Assembly: GCA_963844555.1 (NCBI GenBank)
Contig: CAWJOS010000003.1
Coordinates: forward strand, 1,061 to 65,060
DNA: 64,000 nt
Reading direction: 5' to 3'
Source of the DNA: an uncultured Solirubrobacteraceae bacterium
GTDB lineage: Bacteria; Actinomycetota; Thermoleophilia; Solirubrobacterales; Solirubrobacteraceae
The notes below the pieces were generated by a model. That model searched no databases and had not been told where the DNA came from. It saw nothing but the letters and a program-made list of their open reading frames with translations. Positions within the stretch are counted from its first letter, which is position 1; each line of letters begins with the position of its first letter. Positions 44,664 to 54,344 of the stretch are shown here, one piece after another. The translations under genes were made by a program, and so were the position numbers.

Positions 44664-46421
44664 TCAGTCGGCAACGACGGCGGCGAGTTCGGCCTCGATC
44701 TCTCCGGCGTCCGGCGCAGGCTCGGTGTAGTAGTACTTGCCGCCCCGCAGCCAGGACGCCACCGCTGCCACCACGCAGCAGCCGGCGGCGAAGTAGAACG
44801 CGGCATGGATGCCGCTGGCGAACGGATGCGAGACGAGCGTGGGGAAGAACCGGTGGCCGGTCAGGTACGCCGCCGTCGAATGGGGCAGATGCGCCAGCTC
44901 CGGCCCCAGGGTCGTCTGCATGGGGTTGTAACCCAGAAACGCCGAGAACAGCGTGCCCACGGGGGGCAGGTGTGAGACCTTGAGCGCATAGTCGTGCGGG
45001 ACGCCGTTGGCGGCCAGCCCGTGCAGCAGCGCCGACGGCAGGCTCGACGAGAGCCCGGCGATGATCAGGCTGAAGAAGATGCCGATTGACAGCACCGACG
45101 CCGAGCCCATGAACGTCGCGGTCATCCCGGCGCCGGCGCCGCGTTGGTCCGGGGGCAGGCTGTTCATGATCCCGGTCTGGTTGGGCGCGGCGAACAGGCC
45201 CATGGCAAAGCCGATGAGGAAGATGACCAGGCCGAACGTCCAGTAGGTGAAGTCGACCGGCAGGGCGACGAGCAGCAGCAGGCCGATTGCTGACACCACC
45301 ATCCCGCCGGTCGTGAACGGCCGGGCGCCGTAATGGTCGGCCAGGCGCCCGGAGACCGGCCCGGCGATGAGGAAGCCGACCGACAGGGGCAGCATGAAGA
45401 TCCCCGCCCACAGCGGCGTGTCCGAGAAGCTGTAGCCGTGCTCGGGCAGCCAGATGCCCTGCAGCCAGAGGATGAGCATGAACATCAGCCCACCGCGTGA
45501 CAGCGCCGACAGGAACGTCGCCACGCTCCCGCCGGAGAACGCGCGGATCCGGAACAGCGGCAGCCGGAACATCGGCTGGCTGACCCGCGACTCGATGACG
45601 ACGAACGCGGCCAGGACCGCGAGGCCACCGACGATGGCGGCGATGACGCCGGGAGCGGTCCAGCCCATCGTGTGCCCGCCATACGGGAGGATCCCGTACG
45701 TGATCCCGACGAGCAGGGCGATGAGCCCGACGGCGAACGTCAGGTTCCCCAGCCAGTCGATCCGGGCTTTGACCCGGACCCCGCGCTCCTCGAGCATGAA
45801 GTAGGCCCACACGGTGCCGAACAGGCCGAACGGCACCGACACCAGGAACACCAGGCGCCAAGCGATCGGGGCGAGCACGCCGCCGAGGACCAGGCCGATG
45901 AACGAGCCGGCGATCGCGGCGACCATGTTGATGCCGAGCGCCAGCCCCCGCTGGTCCGCCGGGAATGCGTCGGTCAGGATCGCCGACGAGTTGGCGAACA
46001 GGCAGGCCGCGCCGATGCCCTGCACGATCCGCATGATGATCAGCCACATGGCGGCCGCGCTGCCCGTCATCCACGTGACCGAGAGCAGGACGGAGCCGAC
46101 GGTGAAGACGGCAAAGCCGAGGTTGTACATGCGCACGCGGCCGAACATGTCGCCGATCCGGCCCAGGCTGACGACCAGCACCGCCATCACGACCATGAAC
46201 CCCAACAGCATCCACAGCAGATAGCTCGTGTTCCCGGGGACGAGCGGGTTGAGGCCGATGCCTCGGAAGATCGCGGGCAACGCGATGATGACGATCGACT
46301 GGTTGATCGTCGCCATCAGGATGCCGAGCGTGGTGTTCGATAGGGCAATCCATTTGTAGTGATCCGGATTGCCGCGATGGTGGTGAAGCCGTCCCCTGAC
46401 GGCGGCGAGTGTCGCGTTCAA
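44664..46421 (-). CDS. MFS transporter, DHA2 (14-TMS EmrB/QacA-like)
   Basis: 14 hydrophobic segments, LGRIGDMFGR motif. Start set to TTG at 46421, two nt after the upstream stop (ORF-track ATG is at 46577). Confidence 0.8.
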   Translation of the reverse strand: MNATLAAVRGRLHHHRGNPDHYKWIALSNTTLGILMATINQSIVIIALPAIFRGIGLNPLVPGNTSYLLWMLLGFMVVMAVLVVSLGRIGDMFGRVRMYNLGFAVFTVGSVLLSVTWMTGSAAAMWLIIMRIVQGIGAACLFANSSAILTDAFPADQRGLALGINMVAAIAGSFIGLVLGGVLAPIAWRLVFLVSVPFGLFGTVWAYFMLEERGVRVKARIDWLGNLTFAVGLIALLVGITYGILPYGGHTMGWTAPGVIAAIVGGLAVLAAFVVIESRVSQPMFRLPLFRIRAFSGGSVATFLSALSRGGLMFMLILWLQGIWLPEHGYSFSDTPLWAGIFMLPLSVGFLIAGPVSGRLADHYGARPFTTGGMVVSAIGLLLLVALPVDFTYWTFGLVIFLIGFAMGLFAAPNQTGIMNSLPPDQRGAGAGMTATFMGSASVLSIGIFFSLIIAGLSSSLPSALLHGLAANGVPHDYALKVSHLPPVGTLFSAFLGYNPMQTTLGPELAHLPHSTAAYLTGHRFFPTLVSHPFASGIHAAFYFAAGCCVVAAVASWLRGGKYYYTEPAPDAGEIEAELAAVVAD

Positions 46422-46422
46422 A

Positions 46423-46959
46423 TCACGTGCTCCGATCCGTCCGGGTGCGAGCCAGGGTCCCGGGCGGCGCCACGTCCGCGTCCTGGCAGGGTGAAGATGC
46501 GGCGTCGCCGGAGCGGGGATCGGCCGGTGGGCGACTGGGGACCAGGACGGTGCGGATGCCCTGCTGTGAGAGCACACACCGCAGGCGGCGGCTGTGGGCG
46601 TGCATGGCGTCGCTCATGACCACAACGTCGTACAGGCCGCGGGCCACGAGCTCGATCAGGCCCTGCGTCGTGCTCTCGCCGAGCACCAGGGTGGTGACCG
46701 GGACGCACCCCGGCACGAACTCGGCCGCCCGCGCCAGCTTGTGGCTGGCCGCGGTGCGAAAGTCGAGCTCCTCGGAGGAGACGCACATGGCGTTGAGGGC
46801 CGCGGGGGCGAACCACCGCATCAGCCAGCCCGGATCGGTCGTCTTGGCCAGCGTCAGCCGCGCGTACTCGGCCTCCGCGACGGCGATGGCCTGCTCCAGC
46901 GTGGCCCACAGCCGCTGCTCGTCGTCCTCCAGGACGCCCAGAACGTGCTGAGCGCTCAC
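46423..46959 (-). CDS. hypothetical protein, degenerate universal-stress-protein-like fold
   Basis: VTTLVLGESTTQGLIELVARGLYDVVVMSD ... TVLVP resembles the USP C-terminal half; ATGA overlap with marR. Confidence 0.45.
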   Translation of the reverse strand: MSAQHVLGVLEDDEQRLWATLEQAIAVAEAEYARLTLAKTTDPGWLMRWFAPAALNAMCVSSEELDFRTAASHKLARAAEFVPGCVPVTTLVLGESTTQGLIELVARGLYDVVVMSDAMHAHSRRLRCVLSQQGIRTVLVPSRPPADPRSGDAASSPCQDADVAPPGTLARTRTDRST

Positions 46960-47420
46960 AGCTCGCGGTCCTCCAGGCGCTCGATCAGCTCGTCGAGCAC
47001 ATCGATGGCCCGGGCCAGCGTCTCGACGTCGTCATCGTCGAGCGTGCCCATCTCCTCGTGGACGAGCGCCCGGTACTCGCCGCGGAGGCGCTCGAACACG
47101 GCGCGCCCGGCCGGGGTCAGCCGGACCATGACCGCCCGCCCGTCCCGCGGATCGCTCTCCCGCGTCACCCAGCCGCGCTGCTCGAGCCGGTTGACGACCC
47201 GGGTGATCGCCGGCTGGGTCACGCCCTCACCGGCGGCCAGCTCGGTGATCCGCTGCGGACGGAGCGAGACCGCCCGGATGACGCCGACCTCGGTGCGCGA
47301 GACGTCGATGGTCGTCCGCGTCAGGAACAGCCGGGCCAGCGCTGCCGTCCGCTGGGGGAGGCCCTCAGCGATCTCGTCGAGCCGGCGGCTCCGCGCCGGG
47401 GCACGCTCTAACTCCCTCAC
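46956..47420 (-). CDS. MarR family transcriptional regulator
   Basis: ITELAAGEGVTQPAITRVVNRLEQRGWVTRESDPRDGRAVMVRLTPAG. Confidence 0.9.
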   Translation of the reverse strand: MRELERAPARSRRLDEIAEGLPQRTAALARLFLTRTTIDVSRTEVGVIRAVSLRPQRITELAAGEGVTQPAITRVVNRLEQRGWVTRESDPRDGRAVMVRLTPAGRAVFERLRGEYRALVHEEMGTLDDDDVETLARAIDVLDELIERLEDREL

Positions 47421-47485
47421 AAACTTATATTACCAGCTGATGGAGCCTGCCGCGGTGCTCGCCCACGCCGGCGGGCACCGACGGC

Positions 47486-47833
47486 TCAGGACTTCGACGT
47501 CAGCGTGTAGCGGACGGTCTGGACGCGGATCAGGCCGTCGCGGAACACGAACGTGTCGATCCCGTCCTCCACCTTGGTCGTCTCGGACTCAGCCTTCCAT
47601 TCCAGCAGGAGGATGTCGTCCTCGAAGATCTGCGTCGGCAGCTCCCACCGGGCGCCCGGCACATCGCCGAGCAGCTGGACGAACCCCTCGCGCACGCCGT
47701 CCTGGCCGCGCCGCACGCCCTCCGGGGTGATGAACAGCGCGTCGTGGGAATAGTCGCTGACGATCGCATCGAGGTCCTCGGCCATCAGCGCCTCGCCGTG
47801 ATGCTGAAAGATCTCCTGCGGAGTCCGAGCCAC
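47486..47833 (-). CDS. SnoaL-like / NTF2-fold protein
   Basis: GTG at 47833 preceded by AAGGAGGAG; 115 aa with NTF2-like pattern (DAIVSDYSHDALFITPEG ... FVFRDGLI). Confidence 0.7.
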   Translation of the reverse strand: MARTPQEIFQHHGEALMAEDLDAIVSDYSHDALFITPEGVRRGQDGVREGFVQLLGDVPGARWELPTQIFEDDILLLEWKAESETTKVEDGIDTFVFRDGLIRVQTVRYTLTSKS

Positions 47834-47856
47834 GTTCTCCTCCTTGGGTGTGATGG

Positions 47857-48342
47857 GTGGCGACAGATGTTCCCACGCCGTCCTGGCTCCGCGTGAGAAG
47901 ATCACCGGCTGTGGAACAGGGCACGGCACGGACCCGGCTGGAGCCGGACAGCCCGGAGCGCTTCGTGCCACTCCGGCGCCGCCTGGGGGTGACGTCGTTT
48001 GGCATCAACCAGATCGTCCTCCGGCCCGGCGAGCGCGGCCGGATCCACCGTCATGCCCGCCAGGAGGAGGTCTACCTCGTGCTCGAGGGCCGGCTGGCCC
48101 TGATCGTCGAGGGCGAGGAGTCCGAGCTCGCCGCCGGCGAGCTCATCCGGGTGGCGCCCGGTGTGCGCCGGCAGCTCGTCAACCGCGGTCCGGACCGTCT
48201 CGTCCTGCTGGCGCTCGGTGCCGCCGGCGAGCATCAGGGGCGCGACGGCGAGGCCTTCGTCACCTGGGAGGCCGAGACCGCCGTCTCGCCGGCGGACCTC
48301 CCGTTCCCGCCGGACCTGTCCGCCGGCGAGCTGCGCGGCTGA
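47857..48342 (+). CDS. cupin domain protein
   Basis: FGINQIVLRPGERGRIHRHARQEEVYLVLEG ... IRVAPGVRRQLVN; start uncertain. Confidence 0.7.
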   Translation: MATDVPTPSWLRVRRSPAVEQGTARTRLEPDSPERFVPLRRRLGVTSFGINQIVLRPGERGRIHRHARQEEVYLVLEGRLALIVEGEESELAAGELIRVAPGVRRQLVNRGPDRLVLLALGAAGEHQGRDGEAFVTWEAETAVSPADLPFPPDLSAGELRG

Positions 48343-48349
48343 TCCGGCG

Positions 48350-49141
48350 TCAATCCCCGCGCCAGACCGGCGCTCGCTTCTCCAGGAACGCGGTCATTCC
48401 CTCCTGCGCATCATGGGCGCGCGCGTTCTCGGTCATGACCTGCTTGGTGTGCTCGTAGGCATCGGACTCGCCGCGATCGATCTGGTCGTAGAACGCCCGC
48501 TTGCCGGTGGCCACCGTGTACGAGCTGGAGTTGACGATCGCCTCGGCCAGGGCCAGCACGGCGTCCTCGAGCTCCTCCGACGGCACAACCTGGTTGATCA
48601 GCCCCCAGTCCAGGGCCGTGGCCGCGTCGACCGGCTCACCGGTCAGGAGCAGCTGCATCGCCCGCTTGCGCCCCACCGCGCGTGACACCGGCACCATCGG
48701 CGTCGAACAGAACAGTCCGATCTTCACCCCGGGGGTGGCGAACCGCGTGCCATCGGCGGCGATCGCCAGGTCGCAGGCGGCGACCAGCTGGCAGCCGGCG
48801 GCCGTGGCGACCCCGTGCACCTTGGCGATGACCGGCTGAGGCAGCTCGTGGATCGTCTCCATCATCACGGTGCACACGTCGAACAGGCGACGGAGGAATG
48901 CCTCGTCGCGTCCGACCATCTCCGACAGGTCGTGCCCGGCTGAGAACGCGGGACCCGCGCCCTCCACCACGATCAACCGCGTCCCCTCCTGCCCGGACAC
49001 CTCCCGGAGCGCCGCGATCATCTCATCCATGAGCTCGAGCGAGAGCGCATTGCGCCTGTCCGGGCGGTTGAGCACCAGGCGGGCCACGGGGCCCGGGGTG
49101 ACCAGCAGGTGGCGGTACTCGGTGCCGGCGATCGAGGTCAT
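48350..49141 (-). CDS. enoyl-CoA hydratase/isomerase family protein
   Basis: Internal ATG MTSIAG...; LNRPDRRNALS, GAGPAFSAGHDL, VHGVATAAGCQL. Confidence 0.9.
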   Translation of the reverse strand: MTSIAGTEYRHLLVTPGPVARLVLNRPDRRNALSLELMDEMIAALREVSGQEGTRLIVVEGAGPAFSAGHDLSEMVGRDEAFLRRLFDVCTVMMETIHELPQPVIAKVHGVATAAGCQLVAACDLAIAADGTRFATPGVKIGLFCSTPMVPVSRAVGRKRAMQLLLTGEPVDAATALDWGLINQVVPSEELEDAVLALAEAIVNSSSYTVATGKRAFYDQIDRGESDAYEHTKQVMTENARAHDAQEGMTAFLEKRAPVWRGD

Positions 49142-49190
49142 GGGGACACCGTACTGCCGCACCCGGAATGCGACAAGCCGCCCCGGCCTG

Positions 49191-49700
49191 TCAGCCGTCA
49201 GTGGGCTCGAGCACGAACACGGAGATGTGACGGTGCTCGGCCCGCCGCTCGTACTGCGCGAAGCCGGGATACACGCGCAGTCCCTCCCGCCACACCTGGG
49301 CACGCCGATCGCCCTCCACCTCGACCGCGCGGACCTGCCGCCGCCTCCCGTCGACCACGATGTCGGCGTGCGGGTCGGCGCGCAGGTTGTGGTACCAGGC
49401 CGGATGGCGGCGCTGGCCGAAGTTGGAGGCGATGATCGCCACGTCGGCCCCGGTGGGGATCCCCAAGACCGGGACGGTCCGGCGCTCTCCGCTCCGGGCG
49501 CCCGTCGTCGTCAGCATGATCACCGGGATCCCCGCCAGGAGGCTGGCCAGGGTGTACCGGCCGCGCGTGATCCGGTGCACCGGGCGATCGATCCGGTGAA
49601 GAACCCGGGCGAACAGCCAGGATCCCGGGCCGCCGGCCGCGAATCGGCGCAGCACCTTCTGCAGCGCGTTCGCCCGGTCGTAGGTGATCGGCTCCCTCAT
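49191..49700 (-). CDS. deazaflavin (F420)-dependent nitroreductase family protein (DDN-like)
   Basis: Internal ATG MREPIT...; LTTTGARSGERRTVPV, IIASNFGQRRHPAWYHNLRADP. Confidence 0.8.
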   Translation of the reverse strand: MREPITYDRANALQKVLRRFAAGGPGSWLFARVLHRIDRPVHRITRGRYTLASLLAGIPVIMLTTTGARSGERRTVPVLGIPTGADVAIIASNFGQRRHPAWYHNLRADPHADIVVDGRRRQVRAVEVEGDRRAQVWREGLRVYPGFAQYERRAEHRHISVFVLEPTDG

Positions 49701-49733
49701 GGCCCGGCGGAGATCCTGCCATAGACTGCCCTC

Positions 49734-50466
49734 ATGGGGAACCGGACCCGCCCACCCGGGCCGGTGCGTTGCCTCGCCCCGGCCGGGGCGGGGGCTCTGG
49801 CGCTCGCGACGTGTGCCCTGGCGGTGCTGTTCATCTGCCCGCATCTGTCATCGGCTCGCGCGCGCCCGTCGGCAGCCCCGTCCCGCGCGCGCCCGTCGGC
49901 GGCCCTGTACTACGAGACGCGTACGGATGCCGGGCTGCTGGCCATCAGCCAGTTGAGCCTGGTGGGGCCCCGCCTGAGCGCGCAGGTCGTGGTGCTGCCC
50001 AACGTCGGCGTGTTCGGAATCGCAGCCGCCGGGGGCTATGTCTACTGGGTCACCGAGGCCGGCCCGCGTGACCGCGGCGCAATCATGCGGGCGACGGTCA
50101 CCGGCGGGGACGTGCGCCAGATGGTCGGCGGCCTGCCCGCGCCGAACAGCATCGTCGCCGTCGCCGGCCATGTGTACTGGAGCGACCAGAACGCGATCGG
50201 CCGCATCTACTGGACTCAGCTGGGGTCCGGGACGATCGGCCGCGCCCGGCTGGCCGGCGGCCGCGTCGACGGCCGGTGGCTGGACATTCACAGCGACCAG
50301 GGCCCGTTCCAGATCGCCGCCGACGTAGCCCACATCTACTGGACGTGGGGAGGGGTCGACGGCAGCCCGGGCCTACACGGGGCGGGCCAACGCCGACCGA
50401 TCCCATCTCAGTCGCCGGTTCCTCGCCGATTCGATCTACCCGTTGGCGCTGGCCGGCGGGGGGTGA
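49734..50466 (+). pseudogene. lipoprotein with YWTD-like beta-propeller repeats, frameshifted near 50349
   Basis: Lipobox LALATC. Repeats YVYWV / HVYWSD / IYWT / HIYWTW with G(T)IGRA spacing. The next repeat ([30 protein letters not shown]) is in the +1 frame and stops at 50464-50466. Confidence 0.55.
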
Positions 50467-50503
50467 GGGCGCGGGCGCCGGGTCGGCGCGCGACAATCGG
50501 CCG

Positions 50504-51127
50504 ATGACCGACACCGCTCCCCAGGCGAGCAGCCGCACGAAGACCGGGTCCTGGTTCCCGGTTCCGGACGAGGCTGATCTGCCGTCCGATCTCCAGGGCC
50601 TGTTCGCCAAGGCCCGTGAACGCCTCGGTTTCGTTCCCAACGTATTCGCGGTCTGGGCGTTTCGCCCGGAACGTCTGAGTGCCTGGTTCGCACACTTCCG
50701 CCTGCTGCACCGGCCGAGCGACGGCCTGACCGCCGCCGACCGGGAGATGATCGCCGTCGTCGTCAGCGCCGCCAACGGCTGCCTGTATTGCCTGGTCGCC
50801 CATGGCGCCGCCCTGCGAGAGGAGCTTGGCGACCCCGTGCTCGGCGAGCGCATCTCCTATGACTGGCGCCGGGCGGGCCTCGACGCGCGGCGTGCGGCGA
50901 TCTGCGCCTACGCCGAGAAGCTGACGCTCCACCCGCGCGAGGTGACGCGGGACGATCTGCAGACGCTGCTCGACGCCGGCCTGACGGTGGAGGAGGCGTG
51001 GGACGTGGCCGAGATCAGCGCCATGTACAACCTGACCAACCGCATGGCGATGGCGACGAACATGCTGCCCAACGAGGAGTACAGCGGGCAGGCGCGGCCG
51101 CCGGCCGACGCCGGGCAGGCCGGCTGA
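50504..51127 (+). CDS. peroxidase-related enzyme, carboxymuconolactone decarboxylase (AhpD-like) family
   Basis: Internal ATG MTDTAP...; [17 protein letters not shown] (CxxC...H motif). Confidence 0.8.
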   Translation: MTDTAPQASSRTKTGSWFPVPDEADLPSDLQGLFAKARERLGFVPNVFAVWAFRPERLSAWFAHFRLLHRPSDGLTAADREMIAVVVSAANGCLYCLVAHGAALREELGDPVLGERISYDWRRAGLDARRAAICAYAEKLTLHPREVTRDDLQTLLDAGLTVEEAWDVAEISAMYNLTNRMAMATNMLPNEEYSGQARPPADAGQAG

Positions 51128-52273
51128 TCAGTCGTCATCGGCGCCCGCGGGCGGCGTCAGGCCGCGGGCCGTGAGCCACAGCTCGAACATGGGGTCCGTC
51201 AGACGCGGGTTGCCGCCCTCGTCGATGGCATCGGCGTTGGCGATGAGGCTCTCCAGCGCCTTGCCGATGCTGGAGCGCTTGATTCCCACCGCCGTGGCCG
51301 TCTCCTGGCTGTGCAGGGGGGTGCTGACCAGCGCCAGCGCCCGCGCGACGCGACGCTCGTTGACCGTGAGCGCATGCCAGATCGCCCGCATCAGCTGAGC
51401 GCTGTCGGCGGCGGCCTGGTCGAGCGCGGCCACCCACGTGCCCTCATCGGCGGTCCGGTCGCGCGGGGTGCGCGCCCACAGGTAGTGCGCCAGCATCATG
51501 CTCCGCTGGGGGTGCCCGCGGGTGAACTCCAGGAACGGGGCGAGCGCCGTGCCGGCGTCGCGTCCGGTCTGGCGAAACCGGCGCGCGACGTAATCGCCGA
51601 CATCGGCCAGCGGCAACGGCGCCAGGTGCCTGGGGACCGCCTGGTCCAGGAGCGGCCGCCGCGGGTCCGCGAACAGCTGCTGCATGACGCCCGGGGCCGA
51701 GCCGGCGAAGGCGTAGGTGGCGGCCTCGCCCTGATGCTGGATGACACTGCGGATCTTGCCGTCGGCCCCCGGCACGGCGAGGACGTCCTGGATCTCGTCG
51801 AAGACGATCAGGCTGGCCGTCCCCTCGCGGTCAAACAGCGCGGTCGGCAGCTCGAGCAGCCGCAGGAGGACCGACTCGGCGTCGACGTTGGGGTTGCGCT
51901 GGAGCGTCGCCGTGAACCCGCCGCCGCCAAGGGACAGGCCGATGTTCCACGCCCGGAGGAGGTTCTCGACATGGCGCCGGACCGGTCCCTTCAGGCGTTC
52001 GTATCCGCGCTCGATCCGGACCACGATCTCGGCGATCGACAGCACGTCCTGAAGGTCGACGAGGACGGTGGCAGTGCCCTGCTGCTCGGCGGCCTCGAGG
52101 ATCCGCCGCAGCAGCGTCGTCTTGCCATAGCGCCGCGGGCCGACGAGCCGGAAAGAGTGGCCACCCTCGGCCAGGGCCAGGAGGTCGTCGGCCTCGGGAT
52201 CCCGATCGATCATCTGCTCCGGGGGCAGGGGACCGGAGAAGCGGAACGGGTTGAGATCCCGGGCGGCGGTCAC
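51128..52273 (-). CDS. AAA+ ATPase (Arch_ATPase/PF01637-like) with C-terminal winged-helix
   Basis: NPFRFSGPL... lead-in, Walker A GPRRYGKTTLL, Walker B LIVFDEIQD, C-terminal ...TATAVGIKRSSIGKALESL; GTG start with GAGG 4 nt upstream. Confidence 0.8.
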   Translation of the reverse strand: MTAARDLNPFRFSGPLPPEQMIDRDPEADDLLALAEGGHSFRLVGPRRYGKTTLLRRILEAAEQQGTATVLVDLQDVLSIAEIVVRIERGYERLKGPVRRHVENLLRAWNIGLSLGGGGFTATLQRNPNVDAESVLLRLLELPTALFDREGTASLIVFDEIQDVLAVPGADGKIRSVIQHQGEAATYAFAGSAPGVMQQLFADPRRPLLDQAVPRHLAPLPLADVGDYVARRFRQTGRDAGTALAPFLEFTRGHPQRSMMLAHYLWARTPRDRTADEGTWVAALDQAAADSAQLMRAIWHALTVNERRVARALALVSTPLHSQETATAVGIKRSSIGKALESLIANADAIDEGGNPRLTDPMFELWLTARGLTPPAGADDD

Positions 52274-52303
52274 GAGCCTCGGACGCTAGCACGCCTGCAG
52301 AGG

Positions 52304-52360
52304 AGAAGTATGCGAGTTCGCATACTAGAAGTATGCAGGCTGGCATTCCCGGGGTATGCG
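52304..52360. promoter_or_regulatory. operator-like array: four GTATGC/GCATAC half-sites
   Basis: AGAAGTATGCGAGTTCGCATACTAGAAGTATGC ... GGGGTATGCG. Half-sites at 52308, 52320 (inverted), 52331 and 52354, spaced 11-12 and 23 bp. Local GC drop; 31-87 bp upstream of the ATPase GTG. Confidence 0.55.
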
Positions 52361-52474
52361 CCGGGACGCCGGACCCGGCAATCTGACTTGCGTTCCGGGC
52401 GGCCGAGAAAGCTGAGCGCCTGACGCACCGTTTCTCGGACGTGCACGGATGCCCCCGGAGGCCGGGAGGCGCGG

Positions 52475-52735
52475 ATGGCCGATATGAAGAAGATCTCAGA
52501 GCAAGGATTGCTCGACGTCCTCGCCGACTTTGACGAGCAGGGTGGCGCCAGCCTCGGCCTGGTGGCGTGGGAGCTGTTCCTCAGCGAGCAGGACGTGAGC
52601 GAGACGTGGGCGGCGGCGATCGCCTCCGGCTGGATGGAGCCCGCCGGGTGGGACGACGTCTTCGGCGAGCAGCTGTGGCGGCTGACCGGCGAAGGATGGG
52701 TGGCTCGGACCGCGAGCCGCCGGGGCGGCCGATGA
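52475..52735 (+). CDS. small acidic winged-helix-like protein
   Basis: 86 aa; ...LGLVAWELFLSEQDVSETWAAAIASGWMEPAG...LWRLTGEGW resembles a MarR/PadR-type wing; divergent from the ATPase. Confidence 0.45.
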   Translation: MADMKKISEQGLLDVLADFDEQGGASLGLVAWELFLSEQDVSETWAAAIASGWMEPAGWDDVFGEQLWRLTGEGWVARTASRRGGR

Positions 52736-52856
52736 GTTCCGGGCGACCGCCGAGTCAAAGGGGGTGACAGCTAGCCCGCAACGGAGGATGAGATGAGCAT
52801 CATGCGCCGGATCGAGATCGCCGCACTCGAGGACGCGGCCACGGCGAGGCTTTAGG

Positions 52857-53834
52857 ATGAGCGTTGTGGCGGCAACGACCAACGCGGCCGAGCTCGAGCG
52901 GGACCTGGGACAGCATCGCCAGGAGCTGATGGGCTACTGCTACCGGATGCTGGGGTCGCCGTTCGACGCCGAGGACGCCGTCCAGGAGACGCTGCTGCGG
53001 GCCTGGCGCGGCGTCGACCGCTTCGATCGCCGCGCCGCCCTACGTTCCTGGCTGTATCGCATCGCCACCAACGTCTGCCTGGATGCGCTCTCGGCGCGCA
53101 ATCGCCGAGCCCGGCCCATGGATCTGGGGCCGGCCCGGGAGCCGGTGGCCGAGAACCTCAACGTGCCCTCGGAGGTCACCTGGATCGAGCCGATCCCCAA
53201 CGGCATGGTCGCCACCGCGGATCCGGCCGAGCAGACGCTGGGGCGCGAGACACTCCGGCTGGCGTTCATCGCCGCCCTCCAGCATCTCCCGCCGCGTCAG
53301 CGGGCGGCGCTGATCCTGTGTGAGGTGCTGCGCTGGAAGGCGAGCGAGGTGGCCGATCTCCTGGACACGAGCGTCGCGTCGGTCAACAGCGCTCTGCAGC
53401 GCGCGCGGGCGAGCCTCGACCAGATGCAGATCCGTGACACCGACCAGCCTGATGCGGTCGACGCCGGGCAGCGAGAGCTGCTCGCCCGCTACGTGGCCGC
53501 GTTCGAGGCCTACGACATTGACGCGCTGACCTCGCTCATCCGCGAGGACGCGATCCAGTCGATGCCGCCCTTCGACCTGTGGCTGTCCGGGCGCGAGGAC
53601 ATCTTCACCTGGTGGATGGGACCCGGGATCAGCTGCCGGGGCTCACGCGTCCTCCCGGCGCCGGTGGCCAACGGCTGCGTGGCGTTCGGCCAGTACAAGC
53701 CGGCCGAGGGCGGCGGCTACACCCCGTGGGCGCTGCAGGTGCTGGAGCTGACCGACGGCGGCGTGGCGGAGCTCACCTTCTTCCTCGACACCGAGCGGCT
53801 GTTCCCGCTGTTTGGTCTGCCGGCCACGCCCTAG
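52857..53834 (+). CDS. ECF-type sigma-70 factor with C-terminal SnoaL-like extension (ECF41/SigJ-like architecture)
   Basis: Region 2 [14 protein letters not shown]...[12 protein letters not shown], region 4 [39 protein letters not shown], then about 130 aa NTF2-like tail. Confidence 0.9.
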   Translation: MSVVAATTNAAELERDLGQHRQELMGYCYRMLGSPFDAEDAVQETLLRAWRGVDRFDRRAALRSWLYRIATNVCLDALSARNRRARPMDLGPAREPVAENLNVPSEVTWIEPIPNGMVATADPAEQTLGRETLRLAFIAALQHLPPRQRAALILCEVLRWKASEVADLLDTSVASVNSALQRARASLDQMQIRDTDQPDAVDAGQRELLARYVAAFEAYDIDALTSLIREDAIQSMPPFDLWLSGREDIFTWWMGPGISCRGSRVLPAPVANGCVAFGQYKPAEGGGYTPWALQVLELTDGGVAELTFFLDTERLFPLFGLPATP

Positions 53835-53909
53835 AGGCCCACTAGTGGTCGCTCCCGTAAGTACGTTCGCACCGAGGGGCGCGACTGGTGGATGTCAGGC
53901 AAGGACGCA

Positions 53910-53943
53910 GGAGCCGAGGTGTAGCAGCGCTACACGAGGCTCC
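53910..53943. terminator. hairpin between convergent sigma and STAS genes
   Basis: GGAGCC-GAG-GTGTAGC-AGC-GCTACAC-GA-GGCTCC. Confidence 0.35.
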
Positions 53944-54065
53944 GAGGACAGCCGGACGACGCCGGCGCGGCCCATTCAGGCGAGGCAGGATGCCGAGCGG
54001 GCCGCAGACCGGCGCTGGCGCCGCCAGGCGTGCCTCGAATGCGAGCGTATTTGCGTGAGGGGCCA

Positions 54066-54344
54066 CTAGCCGCCGAAAACGTCCCGCAGGCCGCTCAGGT
54101 CGATCAGCCCCCACAGGTCGGCGTCCGCCCCGCGCAGCCTGACGCGGCAGCCGTGGCGCCGCGCCACCAGCGCCAGGCGGGCCAGGGCATCGAGGGCGAC
54201 GGCGTCAGCGCCGACGCCTGACACCTCCAGCTCCAGCACCGCGTGCCGGCCCTCGCCCAGCCCGGCGCAGGCGCGCGCATACAGCTCCGGAAGGTCGGAT
54301 CGGCGCAGGGGACCGCGGACCTGGAGGAGCAGTGGCGGCGACAT
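54066..54344 (-). CDS. STAS domain protein (anti-sigma-factor-antagonist-like)
   Basis: 92 aa; LELEVSGVGADAVALDALARLALVARRHGCRVRLRGADADLWGLIDLSGL. Confidence 0.7.
   Translation of the reverse strand: MSPPLLLQVRGPLRRSDLPELYARACAGLGEGRHAVLELEVSGVGADAVALDALARLALVARRHGCRVRLRGADADLWGLIDLSGLRDVFGG

Noticed and set aside
47197-47208. ACCCGGGTGATC inside the marR gene, and CACCCCGGGGGTG at 48725-48737 inside the enoyl-CoA hydratase gene, as extra copies of the AATCACCCGGGTGA palindrome.
   Set aside because: Only half of the motif matches. Both lie inside well-supported coding sequence and are compatible with chance in CCCGGG-rich DNA.
52740-52790. TGTCACC on the minus strand as a possible ECF41 (-35 TGTCACA) promoter.
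   Set aside because: One mismatch in the -35, no CGTC at the expected 16-nt spacing, and it would fire antisense through the small wHTH ORF. Not supportable.
53838-54072. GGCCCACTAGTGG (53838 region) and GGGGCCACTAGCC (54060 region) as terminal repeats of a 230-bp miniature insertion between the sigma and STAS genes.
   Set aside because: The shared string is only about 9 nt and in direct rather than inverted orientation. There are no target-site duplications. The internal hairpin is adequately explained as a shared terminator.
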